Assembly (NCBI GenBank): GCA_964630525.1
Contig: CAZVUY010000002.1
Location: forward strand, 99,693 to 163,692
Length of the DNA stretch: 64,000 nucleotides
Reading direction: 5' to 3'
Source of the DNA: an uncultured Candidatus Saccharibacteria bacterium
GTDB taxonomy: Bacteria > Patescibacteriota > Minisyncoccia > Phycocordibacterales > WO2-35-19
The position numbers were made by a program, and so were the translations under genes. The notes beneath the pieces are model-generated. The model was given only the letters and a program-made list of their open reading frames with translations. It did not search any database and was not told the DNA's origin. Shown in pieces: positions 27,820 through 36,173 of the stretch. How positions within the stretch are numbered: position 1 is the first letter of the stretch; the number at the start of each line of letters is the position of its first letter.

Positions 27820-27891
27820 TGACCCTACGCGGAATCGAACCGCGCTTTTCGCCTTGAGAAGGCGACGTCCTAACCGATAGACGATAGGGCC
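27820..27891 (-). tRNA. tRNA-Glu (anticodon CTC)
   Basis: Manually folded: acceptor GGCCCTA/TAGGGTC with one G-U pair, 3-bp D-stem as in bacterial tRNA-Glu, anticodon loop TTCTCAA, T-loop TTCGATT. Confidence 0.8.
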
Positions 27892-28025
27892 CCACTACGC
27901 TAAAGCTTCGCGGGGCAAGCCCTTAGAAACTAGTAGGTAGAGACGGGAAAATCATAACACTTTTTAGGTTTGATGACAAAATACTATACAAGTAAGGAGG
28001 CGCCTTTAAGCGCCCCCAGAGAAGG

Positions 28026-28334
28026 TTACAGGTATCTTGTTTTCAGCTCCTCAAACTGTCCTGGGAGTATATCACTCGACTCCATGAGAGCCGAGAGTAC
28101 TTCCGCTGCTTTTTCTTTGCCCCCAGCCTCGAAGGCTGTCGCAACGGCCCCTTTTCTGTACTCGATACCCTCAATTGAGGCACGGTCACTCAAACCGGCC
28201 AGTTGGAGATAGTCATTACATATCTCCTCCCACTGCTCTTTGGCTAGGTCGGCGGTGGCTTGTCCGCCGGATTGGAGATTCCTGGCCATCTCAATCTTTT
28301 GAGCCAGCTCCCCTTTAAAACTTTCCATGTCCAT
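28026..28334 (-). CDS. hypothetical protein in a GC-rich patch
   Basis: 102-aa ORF with coding-like composition; no motif recognised. Confidence 0.35.
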   Translation of the reverse strand: MDMESFKGELAQKIEMARNLQSGGQATADLAKEQWEEICNDYLQLAGLSDRASIEGIEYRKGAVATAFEAGGKEKAAEVLSALMESSDILPGQFEELKTRYL

Positions 28335-28528
28335 GTTAGTTAACCTCTTTTTTATTTATACCACTAAAGATTCTAAATCGTCAAATTTTGAATTGGTCAA
28401 ATATGCACACTTTTTGATTTTATTTCAAAATAGATGCGATATAATAGAAGGGTAATCATAGAGGGTCGAGTAAATTTAATAATAAAATTTAAGAAAAAAA
28501 GCTATCTCTTAGCGGACGTTGAGATAGC

Positions 28529-28738
28529 ATGATTTCGCAAAATCATATGCAAAAAGCAGCACATTGGCTCCTAGTGATCGGCGGTCTAAACTGGCTTCTA
28601 GTGGGCCTTTTGAGTTGGGATGTAGGGCAATTGTTTGGTGGCCAAGAGGCTATGATCTCAAGAGTGGTTTACATTCTTGTTGGTCTTTCCGCTTTGGTTT
28701 CTCTTAAACCAAAATCTTCTTCCATGCCTCAGATGTAA
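28529..28738 (+). CDS. DUF378-family small membrane protein
   Basis: VIGGLNWLLVGL motif characteristic of DUF378. Confidence 0.6.
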   Translation: MISQNHMQKAAHWLLVIGGLNWLLVGLLSWDVGQLFGGQEAMISRVVYILVGLSALVSLKPKSSSMPQM

Positions 28739-28759
28739 CCAATTTTTTTGAAAATTTTG

Positions 28760-28795
28760 AAAACCGCTCCAATTTTTTGGGGCGGTTTTCTTTTT
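28760..28795 (+). terminator. terminator after the DUF378 gene
   Basis: AAAACCGCTCC...GGGGCGGTTTTC hairpin followed by a T-run. Confidence 0.5.
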
Positions 28796-28821
28796 CCCCT
28801 CTCCTAGATCTAGGAGAGGGG
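28796..28821. repeat. perfect 26-bp palindrome CCCCTCTCCTAGATCTAGGAGAGGGG about 25 nt upstream of the VirD4-like gene
   Basis: Read directly from the sequence; same CCCCTCTCC...GGAGAGGGG arms as the hairpin inside uvrB at 40408-40432. Confidence 0.8.
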
Positions 28822-28846
28822 CTAGGAGTGAGGTATAATAATATTT

Positions 28847-31594
28847 ATGGAGCACAAATTTTCTTCACCAGTATCGCCCTTCAAAAATTCTGAAGAAGAA
28901 ATTGCGCATTTGCGCCAGCTCATATCTGAGAAGGAACGAGCCTTAGAAAATATAGGTTTAAAAAGGGAGGATCTGGTTGAGGCACGAGAGACACTAGCCC
29001 AATACAAAACTGCCAAACACGCAGAAGTCTTACACCCTTCTTTTACACTCAATGAAGCCACTGTTGGAGAGCTGGCTCTCAAGTTGGCACCCGAAGAGCA
29101 TGATACTCAGATCGCTGAACTCATGAAATTAGTCAAAGAGAAAGGGATCAAGAATGCTCTTTCGGTTGTTGAGAAATTGGCTGATTTTCATATCACCGAC
29201 GACTTTCATCGCTTTGTCGCCGAATATTTAAAGGAAGGGTTTACCATCCCTGGTTTGGTAGAAAAAGAGGCAATAGCCAAGGGTTTGTCGATGGTGTTGT
29301 ATGAAGTTTTGATCCCAGAAGAGGTTGGCAGGGAAGAGACAAAAAGTTTGTCGGATATCATCGCCGGGATGGAGCAGTTTTATGCCAGCATGCTCTCACT
29401 TTCACCTGATGGCAAGAGTGCCGACAGTTGGATGTCGCTTGAGATCGCGAATGCTAATTTTTCTCAGGAAATTGTTTTTTATGTAGCCGTGCCAACTTCT
29501 CGCAGAAGCCTTTTTGAAAAATCGATCATTTCAATTTTCCATAACGTCAAGATTAGAGAAATGCCCGATGATTACAATATTTTCAACAAAACCGGTTTTA
29601 CCGCCGGCGCTTATGCTGCTTTTGCCAAAAAACCGATTTACCCGATCAAGACTTATGAAAATTTTGTCCATGATCCGCTCAACCTGATCCTCTCCAGTTT
29701 TTCCAAAGTCAATCGTGACGGAGAGGGAGCCGCGATTCAGCTTATTTGGTCGCCGATGGGAGATCGTTATTTGAAAAAATACAAAGAAGCACTTGAAAAA
29801 ATAAAAAAAGGAACACCTTTAAAAGAAGCTATCGATATCCCAGACAGTATCGGCGGTGAATTTGTCCACACTTTTAGAGATCTCTTTTCTTCCAAGCCAA
29901 CCAAGAAAGAAGGTGAGCCGGAAAAGCCGGAAATCATTGATCAGGCGGCGCTTGAAGAAATCGGCAAAAAGATAGCGGCGCCAATAATCAAATGCAATTT
30001 GCGTTTGCTCGCTTCTGCTCACACCAAAGAGGAAGCTGAGGAGATCCTCGATAGTCTGAAAGCGAGTTTCAATCAGTTTACCAACACGCTGGGCAATAGT
30101 TTCGAATGGAAGAAAACGGAAAAGGGCGCTTTGCGGTCGCTGGTGCGCAACTTTGTCTTTCGTCTTTTTGAAGATGCTTCGGCTCTGCCAATGAATCTCA
30201 AGGAGCTTAACTCTGTTATTCATTTTCATACCAAAGCCCTCAGTGCTTCTGAGGGTTTGCGCCAATCACGCTCGGCCACCGCTCAGGCACCACTCGATAT
30301 TAGTAGAGAAGGGTTGTTGTTGGGAGTGAACAAGCACCGCAACATAGAGACCGAAGTCAGGGTGTCGGAAGATGATCGGTTGAGACACTTCTACTGCATT
30401 GGGCAGACCGGTACCGGCAAATCAACTCTGCTGAAAGAAATGATCATTCAGGATATAAAGATGGGTAATGGGGTTTGTATGATCGATCCACATGGTAGCG
30501 ATGTGCAAGATGTGCTCGCCAATATTCCAAGTGAGCGGTATGAAGACCTGATCTATTTTGATCCTGGCTTCACTGCTCGACCGATGGCACTCAACATGCT
30601 CGAGTATGACCCAAACTTCCCAGAGCAAAAAACTTTTGTGGTCAATGAACTTTTCAATATTTTCCGCAAACTCTATGGCAATGTGCCGGAATCGATGGGA
30701 CCGGCCTTTGAACAATATTTCAGAAACTCGGCTCTCTTGGTAATGGAAGACCCCGCTTCCGGCAATACTCTAGTGGATATGTCGCGTGTCCTTTCTGACA
30801 AAGCATATCGCGATCTCAAACTTTCTCGTTGTAAAAACCCGCTGGTCAAGCAGTTCTGGATCAATGCCGAGAAGACGACCGGGGAGCAAGGTTTGGCCAA
30901 CTATGTGCAGTATGTCACTAACAAGTTTGATGTTTTCTTGGCCAACGAGATTATGCGGCCGATCGTCGCTCAAGAAAAATCCTCTTTCAACTTCAGAGAC
31001 ATTATGGATGGTAAAAAAATTCTTTTGGTCAATTTGGCCAAAGGTCGACTCGGCGATCTCAATGCCAACCTTATAGGCTTGATCCTAGTGGGCAAAATAC
31101 TGATGGCGGCGCTCTCCCGGGTAGATATGTTTGGTAAAGATTTTCCACCCTTTTATCTCTACATAGATGAATTTCAAAATATTACAACTGACTCAATTGC
31201 TACCATTCTTTCAGAAGCGAGAAAATACAAGCTCTCGCTGAATATTGCTCACCAGTTTATCGCTCAGCTTGAAGAAAATATCAGAGATGCTGTTTTTGGT
31301 AACGTTGGCTCACTTTGCTCTTTTAGGGTGGGGGCCGAGGATGCTGAATATTTGGAAAAGCAATTCACTCCGACTTTCGTAGCTTCCGATCTGATGAATA
31401 TCGACAATCGCAATGCCTATTTGCGGCTTTTGGTAAATGGTAAGCCCGCTAAACCTTTCAATATTGCCGTCTTGCCACCGCCAGTAGGCAACCTAGAACA
31501 GGTAGAAAATCTGAAACAACTTTCTTATGTCAGCTTCGGGCGACCTCGAGAAGAAGTGGAAAAAATGGTTTTAGAGAAATATAAAATAACTTAA
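28847..31594 (+). CDS. VirD4/TraD/TrwB-family coupling-protein-like ATPase with a ~480-aa soluble N-terminal domain of unknown function
   Basis: Walker A GQTGTGKST, IDPHG (TrwB IDPKG-like), Walker B YLYIDEF, and IAHQFIAQL of the TraG-D_C type; no N-terminal TM helices. Confidence 0.65.
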   Translation: MEHKFSSPVSPFKNSEEEIAHLRQLISEKERALENIGLKREDLVEARETLAQYKTAKHAEVLHPSFTLNEATVGELALKLAPEEHDTQIAELMKLVKEKGIKNALSVVEKLADFHITDDFHRFVAEYLKEGFTIPGLVEKEAIAKGLSMVLYEVLIPEEVGREETKSLSDIIAGMEQFYASMLSLSPDGKSADSWMSLEIANANFSQEIVFYVAVPTSRRSLFEKSIISIFHNVKIREMPDDYNIFNKTGFTAGAYAAFAKKPIYPIKTYENFVHDPLNLILSSFSKVNRDGEGAAIQLIWSPMGDRYLKKYKEALEKIKKGTPLKEAIDIPDSIGGEFVHTFRDLFSSKPTKKEGEPEKPEIIDQAALEEIGKKIAAPIIKCNLRLLASAHTKEEAEEILDSLKASFNQFTNTLGNSFEWKKTEKGALRSLVRNFVFRLFEDASALPMNLKELNSVIHFHTKALSASEGLRQSRSATAQAPLDISREGLLLGVNKHRNIETEVRVSEDDRLRHFYCIGQTGTGKSTLLKEMIIQDIKMGNGVCMIDPHGSDVQDVLANIPSERYEDLIYFDPGFTARPMALNMLEYDPNFPEQKTFVVNELFNIFRKLYGNVPESMGPAFEQYFRNSALLVMEDPASGNTLVDMSRVLSDKAYRDLKLSRCKNPLVKQFWINAEKTTGEQGLANYVQYVTNKFDVFLANEIMRPIVAQEKSSFNFRDIMDGKKILLVNLAKGRLGDLNANLIGLILVGKILMAALSRVDMFGKDFPPFYLYIDEFQNITTDSIATILSEARKYKLSLNIAHQFIAQLEENIRDAVFGNVGSLCSFRVGAEDAEYLEKQFTPTFVASDLMNIDNRNAYLRLLVNGKPAKPFNIAVLPPPVGNLEQVENLKQLSYVSFGRPREEVEKMVLEKYKIT

Positions 31595-31602
31595 AAAAGA
31601 TT

Positions 31603-31629
31603 GCCGTGTCGAGCTTCGCTCGACACGGC
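31603..31629. terminator. 12-bp-stem hairpin GCCGTGTCGAGC-TTC-GCTCGACACGGC
   Basis: Immediately after the VirD4-like stop; U-tract is on the minus-strand side. Confidence 0.4.
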
Positions 31630-31920
31630 GCATCTAATCGTTGAGAGGGCAGATGTCCTCATGTGCCTCCCGCTGGGCTTCCGCAGCTCCAGAGAGACGC
31701 ATAAGGATTTTTATCCGGATTCTTTTTTTTCTAGAATCCGCCCCCTTTTTTCCAAGTCGCGATAGCTCTTCTTTGTCTCCGCAAGCTAGCGCGACGTCGA
31801 CAGATTCATAACCTGTCATCTTCATCATACTGTCTAATATTATATCACGTATAAAAAATAAAGCAAGGAGCTGTGGATAGCAAAAGGGCGCCTCCTTGCG
31901 GGGCGCCCTAGATTCGACTA

Positions 31921-32424
31921 CTACGGTTGGAGTTCTTTGATGCTCTCCAGCATTTTGTTCCAGTCTGGCTCGGGCGGGTCAGATGCTCTTAGAGCCAAAT
32001 ACCCATAAATCTGGTTTTGGTCAGTATTTTCAAAATGACCAAAACGGTACGCAAGGTCTAGCAGTGTGGCCAACCTTTCCTTGTATTGGTCAGCCAATTC
32101 TTGGGCCGAAGTTGCTTCCGCGATCTTTTTTGGATCGCGGTCGGCGTCAAGACCACGCAAGGTAAACCTTGCGATCGTCTCATTCACTACAATTTCATTC
32201 GCAGTGTTCCTTATCTTTTTCCAAATCACGAGCTCGCGATTTTTGCGAGCTGATGAATCGAGGTCTTTAATTTCCACTGGTTGTCCAAATTCCATCCGGA
32301 ACCGGATCTTTAAAATCTCGTTTTCTTGGGTGTGTGCCAGGTACATCCCAAACCCAAATGCCGAAGATAGCACAACCACCAATCCCACAACCCGCACAAT
32401 CGGGTCTTTTAACAGTTTTTTCAT
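31921..32424 (-). CDS. membrane-anchored hypothetical protein
   Basis: N-terminal TM; hairpin GGGCGCC...GGCGCCC downstream at 31873-31900. Confidence 0.4.
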   Translation of the reverse strand: MKKLLKDPIVRVVGLVVVLSSAFGFGMYLAHTQENEILKIRFRMEFGQPVEIKDLDSSARKNRELVIWKKIRNTANEIVVNETIARFTLRGLDADRDPKKIAEATSAQELADQYKERLATLLDLAYRFGHFENTDQNQIYGYLALRASDPPEPDWNKMLESIKELQP

Positions 32425-32514
32425 GCGAACCTCCTTTTTGTTTATAACATCTAAAATAGTTTTTGTAAAATTTGGATAGAAGCTGATTTTGGTGTATATT
32501 TAAAGTGTGTTTGG

Positions 32515-32590
32515 GGGCCATTAGCTCATTTGGTAGAGCGCGCCCATGGCATGGGCGAGGTGAGCGGTTCGATCCCGCTATGGTCCACCA
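32515..32590 (+). tRNA. tRNA-Ala (anticodon GGC) with encoded CCA
   Basis: Manually folded: acceptor GGGCCAT/ATGGTCC with G3:U70, anticodon loop ATGGCAT, T-loop TTCGATC, discriminator A. Confidence 0.85.
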
Positions 32591-32807
32591 TACGAAACTT
32601 GTTCGGAATTACTTTTGCTTGTGGATTATTTTTCAAAAGTGCTTTCAGTGAATCAACATGAAAATGGTCGGCGTGTTCGTGCGTGATAAGTACAAAATCT
32701 ATATTTTTTACTTCGCTCTGTTGTGTTGAATAAGTCCCAGGGTCGGTCAAAATTCTGACTCCTTTTTCTTCTATCAATAAGCAACAATGTCCAAATTTTG
32801 TGATTTT
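32591..32807 (-). pseudogene. truncated MBL-fold metallo-hydrolase: N-terminal ~70 aa only; frame reads into the tRNA-Ala antisense
   Basis: MKITKFGHCCLLIEEKG...ITHEHADHFH (HxHxDH) then no further MBL motifs before abutting the tRNA 3' end. Confidence 0.5.
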
Positions 32808-32814
32808 CATAAAA

Positions 32815-33315
32815 TTATTTTTGACTCTCAATAAGTTTAGAAGCAAGTTTTTTAAGTTCTTCGGAGTCGGCCATTGGTCCACTCCCCGAAGAAATCCAAC
32901 CTTCGTATTTATCAAACCAAAATTCTTTTCCGCTTAAAACTTGCTTCCAAACACCTTGCTTTAGGTTTTCTGTTCCGTGAAGCGGAACAAGTTTAATATG
33001 TGCGTGGTCTATACCTGTTCCTTCCATCATCAATCCAACTCGTCCAACATCGTCAAAATAATTTTCTAAAATATTCGCCACTTTTTTGGAGGCAATTATG
33101 AATCTTTGCAAAACATCATCAGGCATTTTCAAGACATCGCTTCCAAAATGTTGCTTTGGAATTACGCAAGTAAAACCCTTGGTGTTCGGGTCAATGGCAA
33201 GCCAAGCCATAAATTCCTCATCTTCCCAGAACTTTCCAGCCGTTTGCATATTGCCCGCGACTATCTCGCAGAAAATACATTTGTTGTCTTTGGTTGTTGC
33301 TTCGTAGTGAGTCAT
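32815..33315 (-). CDS. HIT-family (histidine triad-like) protein
   Basis: IFCEIVAG N-terminus and GIDHAHIKLVP histidine motif (third His replaced by Lys). Confidence 0.75.
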   Translation of the reverse strand: MTHYEATTKDNKCIFCEIVAGNMQTAGKFWEDEEFMAWLAIDPNTKGFTCVIPKQHFGSDVLKMPDDVLQRFIIASKKVANILENYFDDVGRVGLMMEGTGIDHAHIKLVPLHGTENLKQGVWKQVLSGKEFWFDKYEGWISSGSGPMADSEELKKLASKLIESQK

Positions 33316-33317
33316 AA

Positions 33318-34037
33318 CTAGATAATTTTTCGCCAGCGTTTGAACGCCTTTATATCAGTTGCGTTGAGGTCAAACCATTCGCCATTCATTCGTTTTGCGT
33401 CAAATCGCTTATGCCAATATGCCTCAACGCCGCTGGGGTCGTCAGTCTTTATTTCGTGAATCAAGTCAAGATTTTCTGGTAATTGGATTCTAAGCTCATT
33501 TCCTCTCCGAACAGTGTCAAAAGTTTTTCCAATCTTGTAATACTTGCCATGCCTGAAAAGATAAACTGCACCTTCAATTTCTCCAGAGTCACCCTTTTCA
33601 GTTTCAGTTTTTGAGTTTTGTTCAATGATAGCAGTGCAGATTTTTACAATATCTGCGTATCCTTTCTGTTCGGCATATTCCAAAACCTTATTGACTCTCC
33701 CATTTTTATTTCCAAGACGATCAAAACTTCCTGGGCTTGGAAAGTCGGAATCTCTATGTCTTTTCCCAATTAAATCCGCATTGGTCGGGAATCTGCCAAT
33801 TTCCCGCATTAAGACAACTGCGCTTTCCAACAAAAACTCCATATCGTGTGCAGATTGCAAAGTATTCGGCTCAAAACCCGCTTCACGCTGTGCTTCACCA
33901 AAACTTGGCCAAAATTTCAAAATTTCGTATTCATTGATTCCTGTTTCTTTTCCGAATCTTCCACGACCAAGCGGAACGCCACCATTTTCTTTTGCGGTTT
34001 CCTGGATTGCCTTGATTATATCTTGTTTTGTTGCCAT
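33318..34037 (-). CDS. protein with C-terminal T5orf172/MUG113 (GIY-YIG superfamily) domain
   Basis: GAVYLFRHGKYYKIGKT...RRGNEL...LIHEIKTDDP...AYWHKRF...NGEWFDL. Confidence 0.65.
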   Translation of the reverse strand: MATKQDIIKAIQETAKENGGVPLGRGRFGKETGINEYEILKFWPSFGEAQREAGFEPNTLQSAHDMEFLLESAVVLMREIGRFPTNADLIGKRHRDSDFPSPGSFDRLGNKNGRVNKVLEYAEQKGYADIVKICTAIIEQNSKTETEKGDSGEIEGAVYLFRHGKYYKIGKTFDTVRRGNELRIQLPENLDLIHEIKTDDPSGVEAYWHKRFDAKRMNGEWFDLNATDIKAFKRWRKII

Positions 34038-34038
34038 A

Positions 34039-34245
34039 TCATTTCAAAAGCTCATCAACGGAAACATCAAGCGCTTTGGCGAGCTTTTCTAAAACTGCCA
34101 GCGTAACATTGACCTTTCCTCCCTCAATCGCACTCATGTAGCTTCTGTCCATATCTATTGCTCGACAAATGTCGCCCTGCGACATTTTACGGCGAAGCCG
34201 TATGCGCTTGATGTTTTCTCCAAGTTTTTTGGAAATTTGAGCCAT
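34039..34245 (-). CDS. Cro/C1-type (XRE) HTH regulator
   Basis: LGENIKRIRLRRKMSQGDICRAIDMDRSYMSAIEGGKVNVTLAVLEKLAKAL. Confidence 0.8.
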   Translation of the reverse strand: MAQISKKLGENIKRIRLRRKMSQGDICRAIDMDRSYMSAIEGGKVNVTLAVLEKLAKALDVSVDELLK

Positions 34246-34519
34246 ATTTATATTATCACTTTATCAACTATTGCGCCATGCCTCAATATGGAGGTATAAT
34301 CCCATATATGGATTCTCTTTTTGTAGCCGCCGATTTTTTCAAAAAAGAAAGCCGAAGCCCGCGCGGATTCCTCCCCAGACCCCTCCTCCGCGCGGGCGAG
34401 TCCATCGCCCCGCCTCCTTTGCCCCAGAAAAATAGTGGCGGGGCACATCAGGAGTTCCGTTCAAAGAAAGTTCGAGCAAATGCTAGAATAACACCACATG
34501 TTTAATAATAATTAAAAAT

Positions 34520-35047
34520 ATGTCTACCATTTTAAGTTTATATGCAGTAGAAAAGGGGAAGGTTGAAAAAATTATTAAAGATAAAGATGTTAGCGTATTG
34601 GATCAGATGCCTGACGCTGAATCCAAATCTTACCTAAATAAAATTTTTGATCATGAATACGATCGTGATCCAGATACTTACGAACATCCGGAAGGAGGTC
34701 AGTATATCTTTGCTTTTCATGAATTGTGCAAATTGTCAGCTACAAAATCTACGAGTGTTGAGTGTAGTGTAGATGACGAGCAGACTCCCGAATTTTGGCA
34801 TTTCGTTTGGAGTGATTGGGAACCAGAAGATTTTTTGGAATTACCACTTTCACCAGATGGTTTACCGGCGGTGACTTACAAAGGTTCAACCATGTTGCAA
34901 AAATATATAGACCAACTGAAGGGGGTGGAAGCAAATGGTGGTTATGATTCAAGATTTCTTAAGATCGATGATTTGAGAGAAATTATCAGTTTTCTTCAGG
35001 ATTCTACATCAGCGGGTACGGATGTGTTTGTTTTTATATCAGAATAG
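34520..35047 (+). CDS. acidic hypothetical protein; an immunity-protein-like role is speculative
   Basis: 175-aa acidic ORF, divergent from the XRE gene across a GC-rich palindromic spacer. Confidence 0.4.
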   Translation: MSTILSLYAVEKGKVEKIIKDKDVSVLDQMPDAESKSYLNKIFDHEYDRDPDTYEHPEGGQYIFAFHELCKLSATKSTSVECSVDDEQTPEFWHFVWSDWEPEDFLELPLSPDGLPAVTYKGSTMLQKYIDQLKGVEANGGYDSRFLKIDDLREIISFLQDSTSAGTDVFVFISE

Positions 35048-35170
35048 ATTGAGTTTCTCTGTAAAACTAAAAAATTTTGGTGTTGTCGATGGACACGGTA
35101 TGAGGTTGCTTTTTGCTGATTTTAAACTAATAATTAAATTGGCAGTACTTTGATTTTTTAGGAGGAGTAG

Positions 35171-35758
35171 ATGGGTAAACTGTTGCAAATGGATATTAAC
35201 CCGATGCGTCTCTCGGAACAACTTTTTAACCAAGCTCTCGAATGGGAGCCAGTCAACGTCGAACGCGCTGAAAATCTCTATCAAAGAGCAATCAGAGTTT
35301 ACCCCTACAACGTAGGGGCTCTACTCAATTTGGGCACGATTTTTTTTCGCCGTGACGATTTTAACAGGGCGGAGCAACTCTATCGTCAAACTATCGTAAT
35401 TAATCCTAATTACGCTTTAGCTCATTTTAATCTAGCCAATCTTTTGGATAAACGTTGGCGGAAATGGGAGGCGCTAGAGCATTATCGCACGGCAGTTGAG
35501 ATTGACCCAAACTATGCGGATGCACACTACAACCTTGCTAGCACTCTTCACGACGTGGGGCGCCCAATGGAGGCAGCGAAACATTGGCTTGCTTTCTTGC
35601 GCCTCGAACCTTACGGTGATTTTGCCGAAACTGCCAAGAAAAACTTTTCGGCTATTGCTGACAAGCTTACTGTCCAAAAAAACACAAATCCGGAGGTGCC
35701 TCATGATGGAAAGTTTGGCGCGGTGGTTGGAGAAAATGATGGTGGTGATCTCGTGTGA
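35171..35758 (+). CDS. TPR-repeat protein
   Basis: Several 34-aa TPR-like units (e.g. AEQLYRQTIVINPNYALAHFNLANLL; ALEHYRTAVEIDPNYADAHYNLASTL). Confidence 0.7.
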   Translation: MGKLLQMDINPMRLSEQLFNQALEWEPVNVERAENLYQRAIRVYPYNVGALLNLGTIFFRRDDFNRAEQLYRQTIVINPNYALAHFNLANLLDKRWRKWEALEHYRTAVEIDPNYADAHYNLASTLHDVGRPMEAAKHWLAFLRLEPYGDFAETAKKNFSAIADKLTVQKNTNPEVPHDGKFGAVVGENDGGDLV

Positions 35759-36125
35759 ATCTTTCTGGTGGGGTTATGAAAAAACTTGTGGCCAGGGTGA
35801 CTACCCACAACTTTGGGCAGAAATGGTAGGCAAGGAAATCATCCGTAGCCTTACCAAGATGGTTCATTGTGGGGAGCTCACTGATAAGTTTGTGGTTACC
35901 GGTTTTTTGGTTGGTCGGTTGTATCGGGTCAAAGTTTTTTGTGGTGGAAAGGAGGTGATGAGGGTTGATATATCTCATCCAAACCAGTTGTTGCCGATGA
36001 TGGTGAGAGACGGCCAAGTCCTAGGCCAACCTTTTCATTATTGCACAAACCCAAAACAACTCCTGGAATCATCCGAGGAGTTGCTGACTTATATAATTTG
36101 GCCACATACGAAAGTGGCCACTTGA
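35704..36125 (+). CDS. hypothetical protein (start uncertain; overlaps the TPR gene 3' end)
   Basis: ORF 35496-36125 with the most plausible Met at 35704. Confidence 0.25.
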
Positions 36126-36173
36126 GACCGTCAATCAATGGTTGGTTGGCGGTCTTTGTTTTTTGGCTATTAA

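Noticed and set aside
31634-31828. 64-aa minus-strand ORF in the GC-rich spacer
   Set aside because: It overlaps the hairpin at 31603-31629 and has no RBS or motif. It is kept only as part of the structured-spacer finding.
32526-32590. C-terminal 20 codons of the 129-aa MBL ORF
   Set aside because: They are simply the antisense of tRNA-Ala. The real MBL-like sequence stops being protein-like at the tRNA boundary, so the feature was called a truncated pseudogene instead.
34248-34505. Two small ORFs (66 and 75 aa) in the XRE/hypothetical intergenic region
   Set aside because: Both are generated by the 70% GC palindromic stretch and translate to Arg/Gly/Pro-rich low-complexity peptides. The region is better explained as a structured regulatory element.
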